Below, piece by piece: positions 19,606 through 28,319 of a DNA stretch of 64,000 bases; the first letter of the stretch is position 1, and the number at the start of each line of letters is the position of its first letter. The notes under the pieces were generated by a model. That model was not told the origin of the DNA. It ran no database searches and saw only the letters and a list, made by a program, of their open reading frames with translations. A program made the translations under genes and the position numbers. The DNA comes from an uncultured virus (IMG/VR IMGVR_UViG_2061766007_003336) (taxonomy: Duplodnaviria; Heunggongvirae; Uroviricota; Caudoviricetes): IMG/VR virus record IMGVR_UViG_2061766007_003336, one strand, 5' to 3'.

Positions 19606-19670
19606 AGTGTGGAGGCAAGGCGCGGTTTGCCAAGCCTCATTTAAAAACCCTATATATATGGAGGAATGCC

Positions 19671-20384
19671 ATGGACAAACGTCTGGCAAAAGAGCAGCTC
19701 GACTCTTTCAAAAGCGAGCATTCAGTATTGGCACAGTGGCTCGGAACCCTTCCCTGCGAAAAACAGGTGATCGTTCTCCGGGATCTTCTTCAGACTGCAG
19801 AGATGAAGAGGAAATACGCTGAACTCTGCAAAATCAAGTTTACGGCTGAAACCTATACTCAGTCGTGGTTCCCTAAACCTGAGTCCTCGATTGAAGAGAT
19901 TGCCGCAGACCTCAATACATTCTACGGCACTACCGAGCAGATTCCTGTAGAGATCAGAGAGCTCCTGATCGAGAGCAAGCTGATGAAACCGGAACCCGCT
20001 GAAGAAGAAGAGGAAGAGGTCACACCCGACGATCTCCTCAGCGATGATGCAGCTGGTGATTGTATGTGTGCGGAACGCACGTGTGCGGCGTCAGTCACGG
20101 GCATTATTGTTCCATATCTCTTTACTGCCGGTAACCGCAGCTTCAAGGTTGAATCTGCCAACAGGGAGGAGTTCGTTTCCAGATTGACAAATCTGGTCAT
20201 GGAACTCAAGCGCGACGGGTATGCGGACGATATGCTCCCGTCACAGTTCAGGCACGTCAGCCCTGAGTTTCTGAAAATTGTTGCTGGCACGATCTATGAT
20301 CAGAGACGCAGCGAACTTCAGGCAGACCCCAATGCAGGTCCCACACACGAATACGCCGCTAAGAAATCCACAGGCGGCTGTTAG
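19671..20384 (+). CDS. Protein ending in GG-C; candidate ubiquitin-like modifier
   Basis: C-terminus ...YAAKKSTGGC*; acidic linker separates two domains; directly upstream of E1. Confidence 0.5.
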   Translation: MDKRLAKEQLDSFKSEHSVLAQWLGTLPCEKQVIVLRDLLQTAEMKRKYAELCKIKFTAETYTQSWFPKPESSIEEIAADLNTFYGTTEQIPVEIRELLIESKLMKPEPAEEEEEEVTPDDLLSDDAAGDCMCAERTCAASVTGIIVPYLFTAGNRSFKVESANREEFVSRLTNLVMELKRDGYADDMLPSQFRHVSPEFLKIVAGTIYDQRRSELQADPNAGPTHEYAAKKSTGGC

Positions 20385-20407
20385 TCAAGTCTGACTCCTC
20401 ATAAGGA

Positions 20408-20468
20408 CAGGGCGGAGTTGCTCTTACCGGGCTCAGGCCCGGAAGAGAGGCTCTGCCCTGATTTTTTT
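20408..20468 (+). terminator. Long hairpin/terminator between the GG-tailed gene and E1
   Basis: cagggcggag...ccggg-ctcagg-cccgg...ctctgccctg then attttttt. Confidence 0.7.
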
Positions 20469-20488
20469 AGAATCATAAGGAGGAAAAA

Positions 20489-21379
20489 ATGCTGAGAATA
20501 GTCCAAGTCGGTGCCGGAGGGACCGGCAGCTGGTTTGCCAGGACGCTGGGTCAAATAATTTGTCAGTACCATGCCCAGTACGGGGACGGCATCCTGCTTG
20601 ATCCGGTAGAATGGCTGATTGCCGACTATGATAAAATTGAGAAGAGGAACCTTCAGCGCCAGCCGTTTCTTGGGGGGATCGGCGTCAATAAGGCTAAGTT
20701 CCTTACAGGTCAGGTGCTTCAGCCTCTTTTTGACATCAACGAAGTAAAAGCCAGGCTGCGGAGGGCGGATGACATGGTTCGCGGTAACGCTCTCGAGCAG
20801 CTGCTCGGGGCAAATCTGAGCAGCAATGACGGTAATCCGGCTCTAGTCCAGTTAGTTGTCAGTTGCGTTGACAATACGTATTCGCGACAGCTTATGGAAG
20901 AGTGTCTGGCAGCAGTAAGACCGAAGCGGACATGGTATCTGAACATGGGCGTCAGCCCTGACGGAGACTGGTTCGTAGAGCGTGTCGCCGCTGACCTGCT
21001 CGTTCCGACACAGTATGACAGTCTTACATACCCGGACGCTATGCTTAGTTGCGGGCAGCGTGCTGAAACAGGTCCTATGCCGCAGACGGTCTACAGTAAC
21101 ATTATGGCAGGCAGTATGGCGGCGCATTCAATCGCTATGCTGGCAGCCGATATACTTAGCGGCAAGGAGCCTAAGAAATTCGTTGGTGTTACTGGAAAGG
21201 ACTTCCAGGCGCAGGAGATTACGGAAGAAGTTTATTTACAATGCCACGCTGCAGACCTGGTAGCCTCGGCATTAAAAACGGAGGAGGAGAAAGATGTTCA
21301 AAATCAAGACGACGATCCCTGTCCCAGTCCAGATGAACTTGGCTGGGGAATCGGCGAAGGAGAAAATGATAATGAATAA
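20489..21379 (+). CDS. ThiF/E1-like adenylyltransferase
   Basis: VGAGGTGS, DYDKIEKRNLQRQ, NKA, SCVDN..SR, and C-terminal SC...Q...N typical of E1s in prokaryotic Ub-like/PRTRC operons. Confidence 0.9.
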   Translation: MLRIVQVGAGGTGSWFARTLGQIICQYHAQYGDGILLDPVEWLIADYDKIEKRNLQRQPFLGGIGVNKAKFLTGQVLQPLFDINEVKARLRRADDMVRGNALEQLLGANLSSNDGNPALVQLVVSCVDNTYSRQLMEECLAAVRPKRTWYLNMGVSPDGDWFVERVAADLLVPTQYDSLTYPDAMLSCGQRAETGPMPQTVYSNIMAGSMAAHSIAMLAADILSGKEPKKFVGVTGKDFQAQEITEEVYLQCHAADLVASALKTEEEKDVQNQDDDPCPSPDELGWGIGEGENDNE

Positions 21380-22991
21380 GAAAGCGTGTTTACTAATTGA
21401 GGAAGGCCCGCTTTACGACATTATGATGCTGAACGCTGCAGGCTGTGACAGTTTAACAATTAACGGGGTTGAGTTTACTGCCGCCGGTAATGATGAAACA
21501 GTTAGTCCTGATGACCTGCTGGAGCCTGCAATACTGCACCCGGCATTAGTCGCGCTGGCCAACAAGGGCCCACTCACTGTGTGGGTTCATAAAAAGATCC
21601 CCACTTCGATTCTTCTCGAAGTGCGGAAAGTCCTTCAGTTGATATATGAAAAGTACCATACTGAAGGTGCTGTCCTCGTAGTGTATGATACTACGACAGG
21701 CACATTTGAAACAATCGTTCCTAAGCAGACTGACAGCACCACGCTCTGCAATATCGAGCCTGAAGACAGTCAGTGCTGGCTCTCAGATACGAAACGGATC
21801 GCTGCAAACTTCCACTCACACCCGTTCGGGGGACACACCAAATTCCTGTCCCCTACAGATCACGTGCAGGCGTTTGCGATTCCGGGAGCGCCGATTGCTT
21901 CATTTAATTTTGATCCCAAGCCGAGGATCGGGAATCTGTACAACTTCGGCGAAATGGAATGTGAGTTCGGCAGTATTCCGCTCCAGGACCCGAAGCAGTT
22001 CACCGAGGGCTATCCTGAAATGTTCGAACTGACTCAGGCTGACAGAGACAAATGGCAGCCGCTGATTGATGCGAGAGTCAACGGCGGCAGACCTGCCGTC
22101 CTGCCGGCTAAGACCGCAGGTAAAGCATCTTCAAAGAAAGACGATAAACCGACGTGGACTCCTTGGAAAGATGATGACGATGACCCGCTGGCCTGGTCTC
22201 TGCAGGATTATGAAGCAGCAAGCCTTGCCGAGCACATGGGGGACGTAAAAAATCCGTACTCAGGTCTGCTCCACAAAGGCGGGGATATGTTCAAGTTCCC
22301 GTTGAGCGATGATGAGACAGATGTCCCTGAAGAGAGTCCATGGTCACTCGACAGTCTCTCTACGGAAGCCGGGATCGATGAGTGTAGCGCTCCTGACTGG
22401 GTAAAGTTCATATCCGAGTTAGCTGATGAAACCGGATTCGACTGGCAGGAAATGAATGCCACACTCAACAGGGCAATCGAGAAGCTCGCGGATAAGTTCT
22501 TCCCTGATCACTATCCGATCCCTCTGGATGCCTGGACACCTGAAGCCATCAAACTGCTCAGAGAAGTAACGATGGACTCCAGGGAACTCTCGAAGGCTGA
22601 GTGGAAGCTTATCGAGAAAAACTTTATGGAAGACATCGAAAGCAACGCTGCCTTCGGCGCCGACGAGTACTGGATTCCGTGTCTGGTTGCGCTGTATGCA
22701 ATCAGTTTCTGCAAAATCAGCACGAAGGCGAAAAGTATCTGGGAAATGTTTTATCGGAAATATATCTCCCTCTTCCTTAAAGATTCAGGGGAGGAGTTCT
22801 TCCGGAAGATGCCGGTACCGATACCGAAGCATCCGAAACAGCTTCCTAAACCGGCTGAAGCTGAGCAGGTTGAAGCTGAGAAGACACAACCGGCTGCGGA
22901 AACAGGTCCGCAGTCTGTAAAACCAGAAACTAGTAACAACGATAACATTGAAGAAGGCATGGATCCCGTGCCGGGAGTACAGGATGATTAG
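21372..22991 (+). CDS. JAB/MPN+ (JAMM) peptidase with long acidic C-terminal extension
   Basis: HTEG...PKQ...HSHP......SPTD JAMM motif. Confidence 0.85.
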   Translation: MNKKACLLIEEGPLYDIMMLNAAGCDSLTINGVEFTAAGNDETVSPDDLLEPAILHPALVALANKGPLTVWVHKKIPTSILLEVRKVLQLIYEKYHTEGAVLVVYDTTTGTFETIVPKQTDSTTLCNIEPEDSQCWLSDTKRIAANFHSHPFGGHTKFLSPTDHVQAFAIPGAPIASFNFDPKPRIGNLYNFGEMECEFGSIPLQDPKQFTEGYPEMFELTQADRDKWQPLIDARVNGGRPAVLPAKTAGKASSKKDDKPTWTPWKDDDDDPLAWSLQDYEAASLAEHMGDVKNPYSGLLHKGGDMFKFPLSDDETDVPEESPWSLDSLSTEAGIDECSAPDWVKFISELADETGFDWQEMNATLNRAIEKLADKFFPDHYPIPLDAWTPEAIKLLREVTMDSRELSKAEWKLIEKNFMEDIESNAAFGADEYWIPCLVALYAISFCKISTKAKSIWEMFYRKYISLFLKDSGEEFFRKMPVPIPKHPKQLPKPAEAEQVEAEKTQPAAETGPQSVKPETSNNDNIEEGMDPVPGVQDD

Positions 22992-23198
22992 AATGTCGGC
23001 AAAACCGTTCGGCAGCCCGCTACAGACTGCTGCCTGATGGTCTGTAAATGTCTGTGCCATAAGGTAGGAGGACAGTAAAATGAAACTGTTCTGCTACTGG
23101 CCAAAACCATTGCGCATTCTGCTGAAGGGGGCACGGAATGCGTTAATACTCCAAGTGCTCCTGCGGCAGTGCCGGTCAACACTGCCAAAGGCCTGTTA

Positions 23199-23507
23199 AT
23201 GGAGATTTGGGGGTTCGCTTCCCCGTCTCTGATAGATTTAGGCGTTATGTATCTAATGCCCTGGTTTGCTATCTCCTTGACGTATATGTCGCCGTTAATG
23301 CTTATCATTGAGGTCAGTCTTACCATAGCAGCATATGTTTCAGGATCGCGCAGGCAAGCAGTATGCTTTGCCGTTCTGCGTCAGATGTACCATATGTTTG
23401 TGTTTGGGGTAGGCTGGGTAATAATGGTGGAAATATTACTCGTAGGATTTGTCCTTATGTCAAGGATCGTTGGCCTGGGATTTTCACAAACAAAAAGCGG
23501 GGACTAA
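23199..23507 (+). CDS. Small multi-TM membrane protein
   Basis: Hydrophobic throughout; TAATG-coupled to a 39-codon ORF at 23080-23199 that has an aggagg RBS. Confidence 0.5.
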   Translation: MEIWGFASPSLIDLGVMYLMPWFAISLTYMSPLMLIIEVSLTIAAYVSGSRRQAVCFAVLRQMYHMFVFGVGWVIMVEILLVGFVLMSRIVGLGFSQTKSGD

Positions 23508-23518
23508 GTCCCCGCTTT
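23492..23518. terminator. Bidirectional terminator
   Basis: aaaaagcggggac-taa-gtccccgcttt between convergent genes. Confidence 0.8.
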
Positions 23519-23545
23519 CTGCTTAGATGATCTTTTTTTTTGCGT

Positions 23546-24502
23546 TTATGCGCCAGTGCTCTGTTCGCTGTCAGACGTAGAGGAAGCACCGAGGTAGTCG
23601 CTGAGGATCATAGAAAACAGACTGCCGTTGCCAGCACTCAAAACTCCGTTAGCGGATATGCCGCAGATATTGAGACAATCCTTATCACTGAAAGTAACAC
23701 GTTTTGCGAATGATGACGTAAACCCGCTGGTGCCTGCGTAGGTAACCGGGGTCTGCAGTGCTGCACTCAATTCAGCTCCCATGAGGGATTGGAGGAGACA
23801 GCCTTCGTAATACGTAATCTTTAGCGGAACACGATCCTTGGTTGCAGTAACTGCCATGATACCGAACGGGATTTTGTATAAATCCGATTTCGCAAAGTTG
23901 CCCCATGGAGCATTTCGGTCAGGAGCGACCGCCCACGGGTAAACAGACTCGTTTCCTATGTAGGAGCCATCGGATCCGTCTCCTGCCGGGTCCTTAGGGA
24001 AAAATCCGGCATATGTATTATCGTTCAGCATCCAGAAATACAGACGTTTAAGCATATTCCACCTCTGGTTCTCACCCGCAGCTGCACCGTTCTGGTCCAA
24101 ATACGAGCCGCTGCTTTTCTGGTTAAGCGCCCACGGGTCTTTGGTTACATACGCCGACGCAGTCACGTAAAGCTGCTTCTGAGTAACACTGCTGGAGGCC
24201 GGGGCTACAACAGTGTTAGCTGTACCCAGTGAATACAGTAACGGGTCGGGGTTTTTGTTTTCTGAGTCTACAAACTGGGTCGAGAAGAGCAGCGGGCAAA
24301 GTTTACTGAGTGCCTGTCCTGCTTCTACACTACCTGCCGATATCCCCGTCTGAACCGATTCGGTTAAGTCCTGGAGTTTATCAAACTTTGGCGGCCCTGA
24401 AAGAAGGAAAAATGTATCTGACGCGCTGTTGCACAGCGAGAGGGCAATCTGCTCTCTTACGCTGATATCGAAAAGATCGGTAAAAAAGTTATTACCTGCC
24501 AT
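23546..24502 (-). CDS. Putative tail tube protein
   Basis: Immediately after the sheath-like gene; C-terminal ITYYEGCLLQS beta pattern. Confidence 0.45.
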   Translation of the reverse strand: MAGNNFFTDLFDISVREQIALSLCNSASDTFFLLSGPPKFDKLQDLTESVQTGISAGSVEAGQALSKLCPLLFSTQFVDSENKNPDPLLYSLGTANTVVAPASSSVTQKQLYVTASAYVTKDPWALNQKSSGSYLDQNGAAAGENQRWNMLKRLYFWMLNDNTYAGFFPKDPAGDGSDGSYIGNESVYPWAVAPDRNAPWGNFAKSDLYKIPFGIMAVTATKDRVPLKITYYEGCLLQSLMGAELSAALQTPVTYAGTSGFTSSFAKRVTFSDKDCLNICGISANGVLSAGNGSLFSMILSDYLGASSTSDSEQSTGA

Positions 24503-24514
24503 GATTTAGCCTCC

Positions 24515-27500
24515 TTATTCTACATAAACTGTATTGTCAATGTATCTAGCCGGATCCTGCGAACTGATATGATGGTCAATAAGGATATGCGATCCGTCGA
24601 AGCTGATCGAAGCGTCCGATACCTTCTTGAGCAGAGTTCCGAGAAGATTGTAACGCGTTTCCGTGTATTTCTTCTTCAGGATGACGAGCGATGTGCCAAG
24701 TCCGCTGAGCAGTTCCGGGGTGCCGGTGTTCATCGGGCCTTTCCAGCGTTTGGTTACGTTGTACACGTCCTTACCGTACATGAGTACCGGAGTGATCTTG
24801 CTAAGAAGACCTCTGTCGGAATCTCCGTACATCGGATAGCCTACCGTGCAGTCGGTCTCACAGTACGGAAGTCCGCCTACCTCACTGTTGATCATGCAGT
24901 AGCCTGCGTCGAGAAGTGTCTCGAGGTCATCGTGGGAAAACTCCCTGAGACCGAGAACTTCGCCGATTCCCGGAAGCGAGAATGAAACAAGCGTGAGCGG
25001 CATGTGCGGCTGAGTCGCAAGTTTGGTTCCAAAGATAAGACCTGGGGTAGCATAGTCAGGCATCTTCGTGTAAGACGATGCCGTAACATACGCTGATGTA
25101 GTACTGAGGATCTTCGCAGTGCTGTCACCAAGCATGTTGTCCCTGAGAACTTTGCCTTCGTATGTAACGTCCCTGGTAAGAACTGTGACGCAGGCCATGT
25201 TGGTCGAGGTCTGGTCAGCAGCAAGTCTTGCAGCCTTTTCCATCGGAGTATAAACACGGTAGATCTCGAAGTCGGAAGTATAGTTCTGATACCTTGCATC
25301 AAAACTGCATTCGGTAAGACTCCAGCGTTCATCCGGACCCATATCAAGACTTTCGACGGTGAGTGTAATCGGATCAGCGAGGTCATCCAACGGATTCGGA
25401 TCAGTTATAAATTTAAACTTACCAGCGAACTCATCGTTGGCATCTTCCCACGTGCCTTCCCACACATCCTGGCTGATGATTGTATTGTTCGGGAGTTTTC
25501 TCTGAGTGTAATTGAGTCTGACTCTCAGAGTGTTGGTTCTGAGCTTTCTGCCTCCGTTTTCCGAGGCCGTATAAACTGCCTGGAACGGGTCATATATACC
25601 CTGACTCTCTGTACCGACAAGAGGTTTCTGAACCGCTTCAATGAAATATGACGGGATATACGCATCGTCGAACTCGATGAGATCATCACTGACGCTCTTA
25701 ACGGTAAGTACTGTGTCAGGATTGTTTTTATCCTTAACGAGGTCGCCAGGGATAACTTTCAACTCAGATGAGAAACCCGCGCCGTTCTTCTTGAGGGCGT
25801 ACGGATAATAGTTATCGGCGTCAATACGAAGAACAGCCGAGATGAAGTCTGTCCTGGTTACCGAATCTTTTATCGGCTTGAACTGGTAGCCGATTCTGAA
25901 ACGGGACTGCTCTTTCTGGTTCTCATGGTCGATCCAGTTGTAGAACGCATCCTCCGGGCCGTCGTCGCTGACGTACCATACATGAAAAATGTTCCTGTAT
26001 TTCTCAAGGGTGTCAGTACCGTTCTTGAGATCCGTGCAGGCGAGAACATACATCTCTGATGTCGTAAGCTGCTTAACAAGGCCGTAAGCGAAGCCAAGCT
26101 GGTTACGCGGATCCATCTGTCCGATAAGATCCTCAATACTCGTTCCGGTTCCGTCTGTGGAATAGTTGGGCGTAAAGTAAAGTCCGTTCTCACCGGTCAT
26201 TACATTACTTGTGACCATTTCCTCATATTCAAGTCTGAAGTAGCCGCATACAAAGTTGCTGCCGAGATCAGTGGCGCAGGGGAGCTCAGGTCTGTCACCA
26301 GGCTCGGTATCATACGTCATCAGGTACTGCTCTTCAGGGTTGTATTCCCTTCCTGTGAAGGTAAGTGTTGCAGGCTCTATTTTGAGAGCTCCGGTATTCG
26401 GATTGATACCGAGGTTGATGCGCATCGGATTGTCGTCCGATGTTCTGCACGCACACGCTGCGATGTCAATGAACGGCCGGTAGTCTGACGAATCAAACGC
26501 CGGATAACCCGTGGTGACAACTCGTGACGCATGGTCGATACCGTTTTCCTTAAGTACCGTTATAACGCCTCCGCGGTAGGACTTAAGTGTGCTGAGACTG
26601 TTGGTGGCGTCCTTGAAAGCCTTCTTGACTTTGAGCAGTGTCGTACCTTCATCCGCATCGTCTTCAAGCGAAGCTATGAAATCTTCGTAGCCTTCCTCAC
26701 CTTCGGACGGAACGTCCTCCGGGGACATGTCTGCCGGAAGCAGGTACGTTCCGCTTTCTGTAATAAGGAACTCCGAGTCAGTAGCGGCAAGAAGCTCAAG
26801 TACAGTATCGTCGTCATCATCGTCGTCGGGATCGCCGCCCGGATAGTAGCTGGAAACGTCTTTCGGGCCGAGATAGAACATATCCTTCGTGCTGATGATA
26901 CCGTTGAGAAGATCAAAATCTTTGTCATCCTCTATGTACGACGCGCATTCATAACTGATTGATGTGATCTTGTCGATTACGTAACCAGCAGTCGTGACGA
27001 GTTTGGACTCAGTATCAAATTTAAACGTATAGTCCGACGCAGATGCTTTATAAGCCAGCTTGTTGCTTGTTTTGAAGTATTCAGGGAGACTTTCCGCGTT
27101 TTCCACATACAGAATGCCTCTTACTCTCGGATCATCGGAGCTGTAGTCTACCAGCTTGACGTTAATGGATGTGTCCCCATGTTTCAGTACAAGTGCTACC
27201 TCGAGAGTTCCCGGCAGCATAGCTTTGGACTGGGAAGCGTCATCAAACATCGGAGCGGTGGAAACAACTGACAGGGTTTTGCCGTCGTCACTGATTTTCA
27301 GGAAAGCTGTCGGTTTTACCGAAGACGTGCTGCTGTAGGTCACTGTTGAATTACTGCCGTTAACAATACGGAAATGTGCTTCGTCATACGGGATCGCACG
27401 GTAGCCTTTCTTGTAGAAGTTGACGTATTTGAACAGTCTGCTGTCTCCGCCCTTGAAGTAGGTCCTGACAGTAGGGATGTTTACCGTGTTGCCTTTGGAG

Positions 27501-27757
27501 AACTTGGGGTATGCCCACGCTCCGTCGGTGCCTTCGGGGTTGATCCTTCTCGTTCCGTCTTCGTATGTCAGCCATTCGTCTGTACTCGGCGTGCAGTCAT
27601 CATCTTTAGGAAGGAACCATCCGTGACTCTTGAGGTCGTGGAGACGGGTGGCCTTACCCATGATGCAGCCGTAATAGGTTTCCAGTGCGGGGCTGACAGC
27701 CGAAGTACCGAAAACGTATTTGACTTGGGTGTATGGTAATACCATGGCATACCTCAC
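24515..27757 (-). CDS. Contractile tail sheath protein
   Basis: 1080 aa; C-terminal PHMPLT...FSHDDLETLLDAG..I...DCT...K...GPMN pattern of sheath proteins; own promoter. Confidence 0.65.
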   Translation of the reverse strand: MRYAMVLPYTQVKYVFGTSAVSPALETYYGCIMGKATRLHDLKSHGWFLPKDDDCTPSTDEWLTYEDGTRRINPEGTDGAWAYPKFSKGNTVNIPTVRTYFKGGDSRLFKYVNFYKKGYRAIPYDEAHFRIVNGSNSTVTYSSTSSVKPTAFLKISDDGKTLSVVSTAPMFDDASQSKAMLPGTLEVALVLKHGDTSINVKLVDYSSDDPRVRGILYVENAESLPEYFKTSNKLAYKASASDYTFKFDTESKLVTTAGYVIDKITSISYECASYIEDDKDFDLLNGIISTKDMFYLGPKDVSSYYPGGDPDDDDDDDTVLELLAATDSEFLITESGTYLLPADMSPEDVPSEGEEGYEDFIASLEDDADEGTTLLKVKKAFKDATNSLSTLKSYRGGVITVLKENGIDHASRVVTTGYPAFDSSDYRPFIDIAACACRTSDDNPMRINLGINPNTGALKIEPATLTFTGREYNPEEQYLMTYDTEPGDRPELPCATDLGSNFVCGYFRLEYEEMVTSNVMTGENGLYFTPNYSTDGTGTSIEDLIGQMDPRNQLGFAYGLVKQLTTSEMYVLACTDLKNGTDTLEKYRNIFHVWYVSDDGPEDAFYNWIDHENQKEQSRFRIGYQFKPIKDSVTRTDFISAVLRIDADNYYPYALKKNGAGFSSELKVIPGDLVKDKNNPDTVLTVKSVSDDLIEFDDAYIPSYFIEAVQKPLVGTESQGIYDPFQAVYTASENGGRKLRTNTLRVRLNYTQRKLPNNTIISQDVWEGTWEDANDEFAGKFKFITDPNPLDDLADPITLTVESLDMGPDERWSLTECSFDARYQNYTSDFEIYRVYTPMEKAARLAADQTSTNMACVTVLTRDVTYEGKVLRDNMLGDSTAKILSTTSAYVTASSYTKMPDYATPGLIFGTKLATQPHMPLTLVSFSLPGIGEVLGLREFSHDDLETLLDAGYCMINSEVGGLPYCETDCTVGYPMYGDSDRGLLSKITPVLMYGKDVYNVTKRWKGPMNTGTPELLSGLGTSLVILKKKYTETRYNLLGTLLKKVSDASISFDGSHILIDHHISSQDPARYIDNTVYVE

Positions 27758-27805
27758 TAAAATTGATATATCAACCAGCCTTTCTATAGAAAAAGGCTAC
27801 GCTTT

Positions 27806-27834
27806 ATTGTATAGGCTTTCGGCGATTTTTGCAA
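27806..27834 (-). promoter_or_regulatory. sigma70-type promoter
   Basis: TTGCAA-N17-TACAAT. Confidence 0.7.
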
Positions 27835-27848
27835 TCTTTTGAACAGTG

Positions 27849-28316
27849 TCAGCTGAGCTTTACACAGGAAACTTTCTTTATCAGATCGTACCCGACAGTA
27901 AAGACCAGTCTGCAGACCACCGAGTCTTTGGCGATGACAGTGCTGCCTGACGCTACGTGAGGAGAAGGAAAAACCAGCAGTTTAAGACCTTCTTTATCCT
28001 TTTTATATTGAAGGTTATACGAGTTTTTACAGATCAGGTGCATGATCGGACATGCTACGGGTGTTGTCCCGGTCATGGACTTAAGGGTGCCGTTGGCTGT
28101 CGGAAGAACCTGGTAATAGTAGCCGTTCGGTTCTACGGAGGCGTCTGCCGAGTACAGGAAAAATACCAGCCCGGTATCAAGTTCGAGCGGGCCACTGCCG
28201 CTGAGCGTAAGATCTTCCTTGGTCACGACTTCACCTAGACCGTGATTGTCGAACTGGAATCCGAATTTATCGCTGGTCTCCCTGTATCCCAGCTTAATCA
28301 CCTGGTCAACATCCAT
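27849..28316 (-). CDS. Hypothetical protein, possible degenerate dUTPase fold
   Basis: KEDLTL.....LELDTGL, GY..QVLP and VIAKDSVVCRLVF echo trimeric dUTPase strands; catalytic motifs absent. Confidence 0.35.
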   Translation of the reverse strand: MDVDQVIKLGYRETSDKFGFQFDNHGLGEVVTKEDLTLSGSGPLELDTGLVFFLYSADASVEPNGYYYQVLPTANGTLKSMTGTTPVACPIMHLICKNSYNLQYKKDKEGLKLLVFPSPHVASGSTVIAKDSVVCRLVFTVGYDLIKKVSCVKLS

Positions 28317-28319
28317 ATC

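Noticed and set aside
20489..21379. ThiF as a thiamine/molybdopterin biosynthesis gene
   Set aside because: No ThiS/MoaD/ThiG/MoaE neighbours, and it lacks the paired CxxC zinc motifs of ThiF/MoeB; the context is JAB plus E2-like.
26600..26840. Poly-Asp stretch in the sheath-like gene as a repeat element or intein
   Set aside because: Simple acidic low-complexity loop with mixed GAC/GAT codons and no splicing motifs.
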